DNA of 64,000 nucleotides from the human T2T-CHM13v2.0 reference genome, Homo sapiens, in assembly GCF_009914755.1 (NCBI RefSeq), contig NC_060938.1; one strand, written 5' to 3'. The notes under the pieces are model-generated. The model did not search any database. It had not been told where the DNA came from and was given only the letters and a program-made list of their open reading frames with translations. This document shows, piece after piece, positions 15,113 to 29,633 of the stretch (its first letter is position 1; the number at the start of each line of letters is the position of its first letter). The position numbers were made by a program, and so were the translations under genes.

Positions 15113-15469
15113 TGTTTATTAAACATACTTTGAATATTTCTTGGTGCTTTTCCTATGGAATGGATATACCACTTAAAATTTTCATACTAAATATGGACTC
15201 ATATGAGTTCTGTATTTCCACCAAGAACTCTATGTCCCACCTCCCAATATGACCTTAAATTACAGCAGGTGAGATCTCAACGATTCTAATGGAAGATATT
15301 AAAACCCATAACTGAGTGTGGATTTTTATGTTTATTGATGGTTTAAGAAGATTGCCATTCTGCAACATTTGATATGTACTCTTGCCCAAATAGAGGTGGA
15401 CAGATGAGATTAACTCATGCATATTTTTGTCCAGTCTATAAATAGATATAGTGTGATTGATGTTTGAGA

Positions 15470-15607
15470 TGTATATATATCTCTCTCTATATATATATAC
15501 ATGTATATATCCTATCTCAGATATATATATGTTGATCCTGATATATATATATATACATATATATGTATATGTGTGTGGGGGGTGTGTGTGTATATATATA
15601 TATATAT
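15470..15607. repeat. (TA)n-rich compound microsatellite
   Basis: Interrupted TA/TG runs abutting the Tigger terminus. Confidence 0.9.
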
Positions 15608-16046
15608 GTTGGTCCTCAAACAACACAAAGTTTCGGGGCATTGATTCCCCAAGCAGCCAAAAATTTGCATATAACTTTTGACTCTCCCTAAACTTAACTA
15701 CGAATAACCAGCTATTGACCTGAAGCCTTACTGGTAACATAAACAGTCCGTTAACACATATTTTGGGTGCTATATGTAATATATACTGTATTCTTACAAT
15801 AAAATAAGCTAGAGAAAGGAAAATTTTGTTAAGAAAAATGATAAGAAAGAGAAAATATATTTACTGTTCATTAAGTGGAGTGGATCACCATAAAGGTCTT
15901 CATCCTCATTGTCTTTACATTGAAGGAGGCTAAGGAGGAGGAAGAGGGAAGTTGGTCTTGCTGTCTCAAGAGTAGCAGAGGTGGAAGAATATTAATGCAG
16001 AAGTGGACCCACACTGTTGAAACCTGTGTTGTTCAAAGGTCAACTG
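15606..16046. mobile_element. Tigger2a-like non-autonomous TcMar DNA transposon
   Basis: Terminal inverted repeats gttggtcctcaaacaacac / gtgttgttcaaaggtcaactg followed by TA; ~440 bp. Confidence 0.85.
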
Positions 16047-17273
16047 TATATATTATTTCCTCTCTCTTTGTCTAGTGTTAAGAATATGTCCAGCTGCTTG
16101 TAAGAAAACACCCAAATAATAAACAAGACTTTTTTATTTAAAAAATGTTTGAAATAACCACTCTCATAAAAATATTAAGGCATGCCTAATAGAGGCCTAA
16201 ACTCTACGTCTTTTTCTACTAAATTATCCTTAGTGCTTACATATCCAACATTACCTTAAGATCCAAGATAGCTGCTGGACCTCCAGCAACCCAGGAAAGT
16301 GTGCATTCCAAGAAGAAAGAAGGAGAAAGTGGAGACAAAATAGAAAATAAAGTTCCTACCACTTAATTTCTTTTTAATTAGACATAAAAATTACTTGAAA
16401 TGAAATGCATAGATTTCAAGTGTACAATTTTATGAATTTTGAAACATGCATACACGTGTGAAACCATGATCTCCAATTAAAAAAAGACTATTTTCTCACT
16501 CCAGAAAGTTCCCTCATGATCTCTATCAATCCTTACATGAGATAGACCACACTCTTCTTCTTAGGCTATAATTTATTTCATCTGTTTTTTGAACTTCATA
16601 TAAATTAAATCATACAATATCGAATGTGTTCGATATTTGTTTATGTGGTCTCATTTATTATCAATACATTGCTTTTAAGTCACTGAGTAGTTTTACATTA
16701 TATAAACATATTACAATCTTAATCTATTAATCTATTATAATAATAGATATTTGGGTTATTTCCTATTTGGGGATATTATGAATAAAGGTGTTACAAGCAT
16801 TCATCAACGCATCTTTTTCTGGACATTTGGGTAAATATCTAAGAGTGAAATTGCTAAGTACAGCATGTTTAACTTTATAAAAACTGCCAGTTTTCCAAAG
16901 TGGCAGCATTATTTTGTGTTCCCAACCACAATATTCCAGTTGTGCCACATCCTTGCTAACCTTCGGTTTGGCAACTTTAAAATTTTATTTATTCTGGTGT
17001 ATCACATTGTGATTTAAATTTGTCTTTCTCTAATGATGAGTGAAATTAAACAGCCATATACTTTTTGTGAGGTGCTTTTTAGTTTTTTCCCCATTTTTTA
17101 CTAATTGGGCAATTGTATATTTATGTATGGATTTGTCTTAGCTATTTACATAGTCTAGAGAGAAGTCTTAGATATGAGTGTTTCCAATATTTTCACAAGT
17201 CCTTGTTTCATTTGTTCATTTTTTAATTTGTTTCATTTGTTCACTTTTAATTTGATAATGTTCAACTTAATAA

Positions 17274-17572
17274 TTTTTTTTTTTTTTGAATCGGAGTCTC
17301 GCTCTGTCACCCAGGCTTGAGTGCAGTGGCGCGGTCTCGGCTCACTGAAACCTCTGCCTCCTGGGTTCATGCCATTCTTCCGCCTCAGCCTCCTGAGTAG
17401 CTGGGACTACAGGCACCTGCCACTATGCCTGGCTAATTTTGTTTTTGTATTTTTAGTAGAGACAGGGTTTCACCGTGTTAGCCAGGCTGGTCTCAATCTC
17501 CTAACCTCGTGATCCACCCGCCTCGGCCTCCAAAAGTGCTGGGATTACAGGCATGAGCTACCGCGCCCAGCC
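17274..17572 (-). mobile_element. Alu (AluY/Sc-like)
   Basis: Full antisense Alu with ttcatgccattct and caccgtgttagccagg diagnostics; imperfect TSD tcaacttaa/tcaagttaa. Confidence 0.96.
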
Positions 17573-18005
17573 TCAAGTTAATTTTTTAAGGCTAGTATGT
17601 TTCTCTTAAGCAATCTTTGCTCATCACGAAGTCATAAAATTATTCTAGGATTTCTATCAAAATTTTAGGCTCTTTGCATTTCTCTATTTTGAAATTAATT
17701 TGTCAAGTTCTATTTTTTAAAAAAAGCCTGCTGGAATTTTATTGAGATTTAGCTGAATCTGGATATCATTTTGGGAGGTGCTGACCTCTTAACAATATTA
17801 AATTTTCCACTCTACTAATATAGCACATATCTCAGTTTTTTTAAAGCTTTTACAATTTCTCTCAGCAGTATGTGTAGTTTTTCCATGTAGGGAAATTGTG
17901 TATATATTTTGTCAAATGTGTGGATATTCATGAAGGATATTGGTTTTGTAGTTTTGTTGAAATGCTGGAAATATATTTTTCTGCCTTAATTTCCTTAAAG
18001 AGTGT

Positions 18006-18360
18006 TGTATTAGTCCGTTTTCATGCTGGTGATAAAGGCATACCTGAGACTGGGAAGGAAAAGAGGTTTAATTGGACTTACAGTTCCACATGGCTGGGGA
18101 GGCATCAGAATCATGGTGGGAGGCAAAAGGCACTTCTTACATAGTAGTGGCAAGAGAAAATGAGGAAGATGCAAAAGCAGAAACGCCTGATAAAATCATC
18201 AGATCTCGTGAAACTTATTCACTACCACAAGAACAGTATGGGGGAAACCATTCCCATGATTCAAGTTATCTCCCACCAGGTCCCTCCCACAACACGTGGA
18301 AATTATGGGATTACAATTCAACATGAGATTTGGGTGGGGACACAGAGCCAAACCATATCA
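18006..18360 (-). mobile_element. THE1 solo LTR (MaLR)
   Basis: tgtattagtccgttttcatgctg ... gccaaaccatatca; perfect 5-bp TSD agtgt at 18001-18005 and 18361-18365. Confidence 0.95.
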
Positions 18361-19515
18361 AGTGTGTTTAAGATTGGTATTATTTTTCCTTAAATGTTTG
18401 CTAAAATTTATCACTGAAGCCATTAGCCTGGAGGATTTTGCTGGAAGGCTTTTAATTACAAATTAAATGTATTTAATAATTACAAGTATATTTAATTATT
18501 AATTATATTATATAATTAATATATAAGTATAATTATATATTATTTAATATATAATTATGTATATTAATTATAAGCATATTTAGACTGTTTATTTTTGTCT
18601 TTATCAATTTGAGTAGGTTTTAATCTTCAAGAATTGTATTCATTTCACCTATGTTGTTGAGTTGATTGCCATAAAGTTGTTCATAGTTCCTTATTGCCAT
18701 TTTAATGTCTGTAGAATCTGTAACAACATCTTTCATTCAGAGTGCTGGTAATTTGTTCTCTCTTTCTCATTTATCTGTCTTGCTGGGGTTTAGTAATTAT
18801 ACTAACCATTTAAAAAATAAATTTTGTCTTAATTATTTTCTGTATCCTCAATTTTTTTTTATTTTGTCATTATGGGGCACATTTTCCTGCTTCTTCATAG
18901 GTTTAGAACTTTTTTATTTTGTACTGAACATTATGGATAATATGTTTGTAGGGAGTTGGGATTGTGGTGATAGTCTTTGAAAGGCTTTGTTTTTGTTTTT
19001 GTTTGTTCGTTTATTCTTCACAGGCAGTTAAATTACTATAGGGCACCTTTAGTCCTGTCAAGCCTGGTTTATTCTGTAAAGCTGGTCTGTCCCATCTTGG
19101 TTTTGTTCTTAATTCCAGGGCATGGCTCTAGACAATGTTTCTTAATTCAAATGCATGTCCTCTTTGAATGTCCAAGGTCTCAGCAAGCCCTCTGGACCCT
19201 GGTGGGCCAGAATTCTAAAACCTCTCAGTCCTATGCTATCTCTAATATCTCTTATCTGCTCACAATTCCATAGATCCTATTCTCTGTTAGGCTTTGTAGA
19301 TGTAAGACCAAGACCTGGGGCATGGACCTTCATTGAACTTCCATAAAGACATGGAGGCCCTCTCCTCTCTGTATCTCTCTCCTTTCTAATATCCTGGCCC
19401 CCCACATTGAGCACTACATGAGGCTGAAATTTCCGTCTCTGCCTCCTCAAGTCAGGGACACTACATTGCTACTTGAGCTCCAACTCTCTGCACCACAGTA
19501 AAAAAGTGTCCCCAT

Positions 19516-19820
19516 GGCTGGGCGCAGTTGCTCACACCTGTAATCCCAGCATTTTGAGAGGCCAAGGCTGGTGGATCACGAGGTCAGGAGTTCAAGACCA
19601 GCCTGGCCAAAACAGTAAAACCCCGTCTCTACTGAAAAATACAAAAATTAGCCAGGCATGGTGGCAGGCGCCTGTAATCCCAGCTACTTGTGAGGCTGAG
19701 GCAGATAATTGCTCGAACCCACGAGGCAGAGGTTGCAGTGGGCCGAGATCATGCCGCTGCACTCCAGGCTGGGCAGCAGAGCAAAACTCCATCAAAAAAT
19801 AAAAAAATAAAAAAAAAAAA
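19516..19820 (+). mobile_element. Alu (AluS, Sg-like)
   Basis: ggctgggcgcag start, dimeric body, A tail; gtgtccccat repeated on both flanks. Confidence 0.96.
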
Positions 19821-21277
19821 TAGGTGTCCCCATTCAGAGATCTTGGGAAAATGCAGCAATCACTTCCTTTGTCTTCTCTCTCAAAAATTACAGGCCTCCT
19901 TGCCCTATTGTCCAATATTTTATAAGAGCTGCCTGCCGGACACATTTTTTAATGCTGTTTGGGGTAGTGAGTTTCATAGTCTTGGGTAGTGAGAGGGCAA
20001 GTTCAGAATCAAGTTAGTTAGGCGTGGCCAGAATGGCAGCCTCAGCGAGGCCTCTTATAAAAGAGTCTTCCCAGAAATACCACCCCCAACTTGTGCTCCT
20101 ATATCATTGGCCATCCCTATCTGCAAAGAAGGCACAGAAAGCAATATTTCAGGCAGACTCATTGGCACCTCCAACAATATCAAATCCTGTTCCTCAAGAT
20201 GAAGGGAAGATTGAATATTGGAGAGCTAACTAGCTGTCTGCAGTGCAATTGACCTACCATCCACAGGGTGTAAATGACGATAGCGAGCACTGAATCAATC
20301 ATGTCTAGTATACTTATAAGAGAACATCACTTAGAATGAACAAATATTTGGAGGACCAAAAATCCTTGCCTGAATCTTTCAAAAAAATCTCTATAATTCC
20401 TTGCATGTGCACTAAAATATTATTTTTTACTAAATGAGCCAAAAGCTGACTGACTTTTAAAAATGTAGTACGGATTAGTATTCTCAAGTGAAAGGTACTA
20501 AATAAACAAATAAATGAAACAAAAAATCAGAAATGAAACACTTTCTCTTTAGGGTGGCATTAAATTTGAGTTTGAGAAAAAAAAAACTTTCCTTGAAAAT
20601 AGGAGAAACAATTGACCCAGAGTAATTTTGCAATTTGGAGAATACTATGTAATGATAGATACTTTGGAAGATGTCTGCCTATTCCATACCTTTGGAAATC
20701 TTCCCTTTGCCCTGTACCATGGGAACACCACCTGGTCATTCATCATGTTCTTTACATGCAATTCTGAAATTTCCTGTTAGATAATGGGGAAAAGAAAACA
20801 CTACTAAATTTGTCCAATAATATTATTTCTTCAAGTACTTTTAAAATGAGAATCAGAAATGCCAGTTGTGCTTTTCTGGTTGCTTAATATCAGTGGCTCT
20901 TTTGTAGTCATGGCTACAGAGAAGCAGAGAAAAATTGGCCATCAATAAGGGAAAGCCAGCAAATATAAAAAGATGATGATAGTCAGGAATTTTGCCTTTT
21001 CGAAAATGACAGTATATATTTCCTGACCTATGATTGTATAAGACAAGCTCCGTGCATTCTAATAGTTTCTCCCTTTTTAGCATAACCTACTTGGAGTCAC
21101 TTTGTCACTTTGAACCAAATGCCTTTGATTGAGAGCTATTTCTCATATTACCACAATGTTCTCTTCTAATGTGATTGATAAAATTTAAGCATTAAACAAT
21201 CTCACCATTTGTTTTTTATGTGATTTTTTTTCTTAATTCAGGTATACATAATTCATTCCTTTTGGTAGCTCAAAATT

Positions 21278-21395
21278 TAATTTTTTTAACTATTAGATTC
21301 AGGGGTACATATGCATATTTGTTACACGGGTGTATTACATGATAATGGGGACTAAGCTTCTAGAATACTTGTCACCCAAATATTGAACATTGTAC
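21278..21395 (-). mobile_element. Short L1 3'-end fragment (L1P/L1PB-like)
   Basis: T-run then ttagattcaggggtacatatgca...gtcacccaaatattgaacattgtac. Confidence 0.55.
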
Positions 21396-23428
21396 TGAAG
21401 CATAATACATTTCTATCTTTTCTCAAGATGCTACATATATCAATTTAATGACAGTCAATGCTCAATGAGTTTATGATACTACAAAATGCAACTTGTATAT
21501 CAATAGAAGATATAGTGTTGCCTTCAAAAAGCAACACTGAATCTTATTAGAGTATGAAATACTTAACAACAATTAGGCAAAGGTATATTCTATTTGGTCC
21601 ATCTACATCTAGTCTTAGGTAAAATTGAATTAAGATAAGATGATATGTCTTTTCTTCTTCATTGAATTTTATATAAGGTTGTCATGGTTTCTAAAGATAA
21701 CAATAAGACTACATTTTAATAAAATTACTTACAAAATCCAATCAGTAGAAACACCTACTAAGCCACTCCATGCAGAGCACTAAAGGGCATTCTATTACCA
21801 CAAAGATGACTTTTTTAAAAATGTTATTTTTCTATTCCTTATTAAAGACAAGAAAATAAGAAATTGAATTTCATTTGAGAAAATCTGGCTTCATTTCTAC
21901 TGACTATATCTGTTACCATGGGAAACTAACTTTAAAAGTCTGTGTTTGAGTTTTATCAAATAAAGTATCAATCAGTGCCACCTTATATGGATGATGTAAA
22001 AATCACAGGAGGTAATATATAACATGCAAGGCCATTTGTAGAAAAGAAAAATACTTTTGACTGATTGGGTGTGTGTTATGGTGGTTGGCTCTGAGTTTTT
22101 CAATTTTCATACATGCAATCTCAGCTTTATAGTAATTTTTTACTGAATACATGAAAAAATGAGTCTAAGAGTTACATTTATGCTGCTTTAGACATTTTTT
22201 GTAATTTGTTTCTGCAGAAAAACTTGGTATTAATGTCTCTACAATAAGAATGTTATAAATTTTGACTATCCACTCTGGGAGGAAAATCTATGATATCATA
22301 ATGAACTATAATTGTAAGTAATCCCTTTGAATATTCTTAGAAAACTGCCTGTAATTACATGAAAGAGCATAAGGCATCTTGGGGCCTTTTACCAGCTGTT
22401 TCCTGTCATCATGTCATTCCTTGGAATTAGAAAATTTTAGATTTAAGTGGATTTGAACAGACGAGGATATAGTGAAACAAATGGAGACTTTGATAGACTT
22501 CTCCAATGGCGACAAGATGAATTTCATTCTTGCTACAAGATCTCACCCAATTGTATTCCAGACAAGCTGTGACAGGTGGACTCAACTTACCATGATACAG
22601 CCTGATGACATATTTGAAAAGCACCATGTCTTCCCTAAATTGGTTTTTAACATAAATATGAGTTAGAAAAAAATATTTAATTTCAAATTAGTGAAAGAGA
22701 CGATAAATTATACTTCCAACCTTACAGGATGATACAGAACAGTATGATTAATTACATTATTTAGCTAATAATCCAAATTATTTCATGTTTTAAAAACAAT
22801 GTGAGAGCAGATCAATGGGACTATATGGGACAAAATATTGGTAAACACATATAACTACAACAACTCTCATCGCCATTTCCCACCAACACTTTGCATATGA
22901 ATTTGTGCATTATTCTAGGTTACTGAGTTACTAAAATGATCTTGTAGATCAAATCTGATCCCATCCCTTAAATCACAGCAGTGCTAGGATGAGATTCTAC
23001 TGAAGAAAACACCTGATACCATAAGTCATCTGGTAGTAATTCTGTCACAAGTTAAATGTGAGAATGGTAAAGCATTGGAGATGCTTGAGTCCAATTTTTA
23101 AAATTGACTTTTAAAAAGTAATCATTATGTTAGTTTTGTTTTTAATTTAATTAACTGTTCTTTAAGTAATTATAGGTGTATTCTCAGTTTAATAGCAAAA
23201 TAAAAAAATCCAGTGAGGATTAAGATTATACATAAAGAATAGAGATTGTCAATTTACTTCACCTCCTCGTGTAGTATAACAAGCCCTTTATCTCTGTATA
23301 ATTATGCATGTGACAATAGTTATTCACTAATTACTAAGAAGAATTAGGAATTAAGCTAGATAGGCTGCATAAACTTGCCTGATGTTATCCTATTGTAGTA
23401 GGATTTGAAAGTTAAAAAAATCAATACT

Positions 23429-23722
23429 GGCCAGGTGCGGTGACTCAAGCCTGTAATCCCAGCACTTTGAGAGGCCAAGGCAGCGGATCACATGAGGTCA
23501 GGAGTTCGAGACCAGCCTGATCAACATGGCAAAACTCTGTCTCCACTAAAAATACAAAAATTAGTAGGGTTTGGTGGCACATATCTGTAATCGCAGCTAC
23601 TAGGGAGGCTGAGGCAGGAGAATCGCATGAATCCAGGAGAGAGAGGTTGCAGTGAGCCGAGATTGTGCCACTGCACTACAGCCTAGGTGACAGAGTGAGA
23701 CTCTGTTTCAAAGAAAAAAAAA
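23429..23722 (+). mobile_element. Alu (AluSx/Sq-like)
   Basis: ggccaggtgcggtgactc start, full dimer, A tail; degenerate TSD aaaaaaatcaatact/aaaaaaattaatgcc. Confidence 0.96.
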
Positions 23723-25169
23723 ATTAATGCCAATAGTTCATCTTCATATAAATAATAATAAACATAACAATGACAGGCAAACAGATCTAATTCCATTACT
23801 TGGTTTTAAGTTCAATGTCCAAATCACATAACATGTGTACACAAAATGTGTTTAGAAAATAAAAGTTCTCTGGAAAAATCCCTGTAAAATCAACTTAGGA
23901 TAGGGCTTAGGTCTCTCCTAACAAATATCACATTGAAATGAGAATTTCTTTCTTTGGCCACTTGAAATTAAAGCTTTTCAGTGAAAGCTAGGTGATTCTA
24001 ATATCTGATGATACTGTAGGTCCCAGTGCTGTATTTGGAATGGAAGAATGTGTCTGGCTTACAGCTTTGCATTATTTTTGCCTGGGAAGATAGTCCTTTT
24101 CCTGATGCACATCAAAGTATTTAAGCAGACAATCTCCAGTTAGGTCAGATACCACCTATCAGCCCTGTAAGATTGCTTGAAGACTCCTGCTCTGGAGAAT
24201 TTGATTTGACCCTAGTTTACTGTCTTGGGATTTGTAAAGTGACTGTCTGTCTCCTTAGCTGATGTGACTGTTGCAAAGTTCCACAAATTGCTGCAGACTA
24301 TCAGTAAGACACTCATGATTCTCTTCTATCATTTCTTCTTTCCAACCATGAGATTCTATTCTTTCCCTGGACTTGAGAGATACCACAGTATCCAACTCCA
24401 TTCTTTAAAAAAGGATAGCCCATTTCTCCCAAAACTAGTTTTGCAAATATAGGAGGTAGCATTAAAATATTTACTTAAGTTTTTAAATATTTTTCATGCC
24501 TAAGTTTTTGTATTAAGTTTGACTCATCAAGAGAGAATAGAATGTATTCTAAATTCCACTTTGGGGGATTGAAAAGGTGTTTTTTTTATGAGAACTTTTA
24601 TAAATGTTATAGTTAAAATGTAAAGGAATAGCCTTAAAATTTCTTGTACTAAATATTTGAATCAGCTCTCAAAAGTAAGAATTTCCCTTTAGTACCTTGC
24701 ATGGTACTTGTAAGGTAGGGTATATTCAATGCACATTTGCAGAAAGGCATCAAGGAAAACAAGAAAAGAACAGAGACAATAAGGGAAGGAGGTGAAGAAA
24801 AGAGGCCATTAAAGCTAGGACTAGGTCAACCATTTCTCAGACTCTTCAGAGCTTTTGCCACAATGACAGCCTGAAACAATGAGAAATGTCAGTCCCCTGA
24901 AAAGAATGGCATTAAAACTGTGACCATATAGTGAGGAAAAAAATATGAAAAACACATAACAGTTAGATAGCTTTATAGTTGGAAATTATGTGTGGTTGAC
25001 CAGAGAAAATGTTACCCAAGCAAACAAAACAAAATCAATATTCTCTCATAATCAAAGGATTTTAGAGATCAGTGAAAATACACTTGAGTCACTTAGGAGC
25101 CAATTACATATGAAACTTAATCAAGCGCTAACATGTTGGCTGCAGAATTTTAATCTGGACAAGAACATG

Positions 25170-25723
<554 letters not shown>

Positions 25724-26837
25724 AAGAGTGAACTACACAACTATGAGGACAATGATATCAACACCCTTTGGCACAAAAGGATCCACTGCATTGACTCTTC
25801 ATAAGGCCAATGTGTCCTATCAATGCTGGTTGAAAGAAGTCCGTCAGCAACCCAGCTGATATCTCCATCATTACAAAATCAGTTTGAAAAGGTATTCCTC
25901 AAAATCCTTTAAAATGACATAATAATTTCCCTAACAGTAAGTAACTTTCAGGCCTGGGAAGATTTAGAAACAAGTATAGAAATTGCTAAGATGATGAAAA
26001 AGTAAAGGAACTTGCATACTGGATAATTTAAGTATGTATAATATTCAAGAGAATTTCACCTGTGAGAGTTCAAACACAGCCTTGTGATTTTAGTTAAAAA
26101 ATTAATTCAGCCTTGACATTATCATGTTAATTTCATACCCAATATTAAAACATTTAAAAGCACATAAGAATCACCATATTTACTAATTAGTAAGGTTTCG
26201 ATTTTTTCCAAGTAATTGCTATTACTTGTTAGGCTTAGAAATAAAATGCAAAACAAAAAATTAAACTGAAGATAAACATTTTAGAAAGACCTGTTGTTTA
26301 AAAAAAACACTATATTAAGTCACATAATAATTTTAAAAATGAAGTAAACCCTTGAGTAACATGTTTTAAATGCAAAAATAATGAGAACATAACAATACAA
26401 ACTCACATCATCAAATGCCTGGAAAATGAAGTAATTGTGTCCATTCAATCACTCATTCAGTTAACAAATATTCATTCAGCAGTGTGCTAAGTTTACAATG
26501 GTGAAAAAAATAGAATTGATCATACACTGTTGTTAATTAGTTCTCTTGGTTTGGAAAGTTAACATTTATTGTAAGCCTGACTTATGGACAGGAAGCAAAT
26601 GCCCCAGATTGCTAGGGACTGTCTGAAAAATTAGAATGTCAAAATTTTTATCTTATGTGGAACAGAATGGAACCCCAGATCCTAATTTATGCCTATTGTT
26701 CTGGCATAGTTTCTAATAGTCCCCTTTTTACACTCAAAATTTGGAAAATATTTTATGTGGCAGGCTCAATTCTCCAGTGATGGCTTAAACTTCTAACTTA
26801 GCAAATGCCACAGTTGCATACACATACTTTATAATTT

Positions 26838-27063
26838 AGAGCATCCCTGTTCCCTAGAGATATACTGTGAATCACAAGTGCAATTTTAAATTCACTAGAA
26901 ACCACAGTTTAAAAAGTGAAAAGAAATAGGTAAAATAAATTGCAATCATGTATTGTATTTAACCCAGTATATCTGATGTACTTACCTTTTTAATATGTTG
27001 TACTAATCACATTTCAGGTGTTCAGTGGACATATGTGGCTAGTGGTTGCCATATTGGGCAGCA
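26838..27063. mobile_element. MER33/MER3-like hAT-Charlie element
   Basis: cacatttcaggtgttcagtggacatatgtggctagtggttgccatattgggcagca terminus and gtatttaacccagtatatc. Confidence 0.65.
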
Positions 27064-27423
27064 AAGGTCAAAATCTTTGCTTTCCTGCCATGGCATCAAC
27101 CTGTACATAAGCAGTATCAACATCAAAGTACCTTTGTACATGAGTAGAAACATTAGTCTTCTCTTATCACTTGTCTTCAACTGATACAAAGCCTGTTCCA
27201 CAAGGCTTTCCATGGCTGAGTTCAGTGTGTTTCCATTTTGAGGCTCTACATAAGCTCCTACAGCACAAACCAGATCCTAATGTAGTGCTTTCCTTAATGA
27301 AGCAGGCTTCCATCCTGTTCAACATGAGATACACATTGTTTGCCATTGAAGTAGATGAGGCTTTGATGGTCTGCTGAGTTGATGGAGGTTCACAAACTGA
27401 GAGTAGTGGTCATGGATCTTCTC

Positions 27424-29633
27424 TGTATTAGTCTGTTTTCATGCTGCTGATAAATACATACCTGAGGCTGGGTAATTCATCAGGAAAAAGAGGCTTAATG
27501 GACTCATAGTTCCACGTGGCTGGGGAGGCCTCACAATCATGGCGGAAGGTGAAAGGCAGACCTTAACATTGGTGGCAAGCAAGAGAGAGAATGAGAGCCA
27601 AGTGAAAGGGCTTTCCCCTTATAAAACCATCAGATCTCATGAGACTTGCTCACTACTATGAGAACAGTATGTAGGACCTGCCCCCATGATTCACCTATCT
27701 CCCATTGGGTTTCTCCCACCCACATGGGAATTATTGGAGCTACAATTCAAGAAGAGATTTGGGTGGAGACACAGACAAGCCATATCATTTCGCCCCTGGT
27801 CTCTCCCAAATCTCATGTCTCACATTTCAAAATCAATCATGCCTTCCCAACAGTCCCCCAAAGTCTTAACTCATTTCAGCATTAACCCAAAAGTCCACAG
27901 TCCAAAGTCTCATCTGAGACAAGGCAAGTTCCTTCTACCTATCTGCCTGTAAAATCAAAAGCACCTAATTACTTCCTAGGTACAATGGTGGTACAGGTAT
28001 TGGATAAATATACCCATTCCAAATGGGAGAAATTGGCCAAAACAAAGGGGCTAAAGGCCCCATGCAAGTGTGAAATCCAGCAGGGCTGTCAAAACTTAAA
28101 GCTCCAAAATGATCTCCTTCGACTCCGTGTCTCACATCCAGGTCACGCTGATGCAAGAGGTGGGTTCTCATGGTCTTGGCCAGCTCTGCCTCTGTGGCTT
28201 TGCAGGGTACACCCTCCCTCCTAGCTGCTTTCACGGGCTGGTGTTAAGTGTCTGTAGCTTTCCTAGGTGCACAGTGCAGGCAGTCAGTGGATCTACTGTT
28301 CTGAGATCTGGAGGATGGTGGCCCTCTACTCATAGCTGCACTACGCAGTGCTCCAGTGGGGACTCAGTGTGGGGACTTGCACCCCACATTTCCCTTCTGC
28401 ACTCTCCTAGCAGAGGTTCTCCATGAAGGCCCCATCACTGCAACGAACTTCTGCCTGGACATCCAGGTGTTTCCCTACATCTTAATTCTAGGCAGAGGTT
28501 CCCAATCCTCCATTCTTGACTTCTCTGCACTCACAGGTTTGACACCACATGGAAGCTGCCAAGGCTTGGGGCTTGCACCATCTGAAGCAACAGCCTGAGC
28601 TGTACCTTGGCCCCTTTTAGTCATGGCTGGAGCAGCTGGGATGCAGCATAGTCCCTAGGCTGCACACAGCAGGGAGGGTCCTGGACCTAGCCCATGAAAC
28701 TATTTTTTCCTCCTAGCCCTCTGGGCCTGTGATGGGAGCGGCTGCCATAAAGGCCTCTAACATGCTCTGGAGACATTTTTCTTATTGTCTTGGCGATTAA
28801 CATTTGACTCCTTTTTACTTAGGCAAATTTCTGCAGCTGGCCTGAATTTCTCCCCAGAAAATGGGCTTTTCTTTTTTACTGAATCATCAAGCTGCAAATT
28901 TTTCAAACTTTTATGCTTTGCTTTCTCTTAAAAGCATCTCTCTCAAGTTCAAACTTCCACAGATCTTTAGGACAGGGGCAAAATGTTGCCAGTCTCTTTG
29001 CAAAGCAAGGGTGACCTTTACTCTAGTTCCCAAAAAGTTCCTTATCTCCATCTGAGACCACCTCATACTGGACCTTATTGTTCATATCACTATCACCATT
29101 TTTGTCAAAGCCATTCAACACGTCTCTAGGAAGTTCTAAACTTGCCCACACCTTCCTGTCCTCTGAGCCCTCCAAACTGTTCCAACCTCTGCCTGTTACC
29201 CAGTTCCAAAGTGACTTCCACATTTTTGGGTATCTTTACAGCAGCACCCCACTGTACTGGTACCAATTTACTGTATTAGTTTGTTTTCACACTGCTGATA
29301 AAGACATACCTGAAACTGAATTTATAAAGAAAAAGAGGGTTAATGGACCCACAGTTCTACATGGCTGGGGAGGCCTCATGATCATGGCAGAAGTTGAAAG
29401 GCATGTCTTACATTGGCAGCAAGCAAGAGAGAGAATGAGAACAAAATGAAAGGGGATTCCCCTTATGAAACCATCAGATCTCATGAGACTTATTCACTAC
29501 CATGAGAATAGTATGAGGGAAACTGCCCCCGTGATTCAATTATCTCCCACTGGGTCCCTCCCACCATATGTGGGAATTATGAGAGGTGCAATTCAAGATG
29601 AGATTTGGGCGCGGACACAGCCAAACCATATCA
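27424..29633 (-). mobile_element. Full-length THE1 (MaLR) provirus: LTR 27424-27787, internal 27788-29271, LTR 29272-29633
   Basis: Two similar ~360-bp LTRs (tgtattagt...catatca) flank THE1 internal sequence; perfect TSD ttctc at 27419-27423 and 29634-29638. Confidence 0.97.

Larger units (their letters stand above)
16368..18950 (-). mobile_element. Fragmented old L1M (3' UTR and ORF2 end), interrupted by an Alu and a THE1 LTR
   Basis: T-rich antisense L1 motifs aagtgtacaattttatgaatttt, aactgccagttttccaaagtgg and gctgacctcttaacaatatt. Confidence 0.7.

Noticed and set aside
15255-15740. Longest ORF in the track (161 aa)
   Set aside because: Spans a TA microsatellite and the Tigger2a terminus; composition artefact
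17206-17254. 24-25-bp tandem duplication
   Set aside because: Ordinary slippage duplication within an old L1
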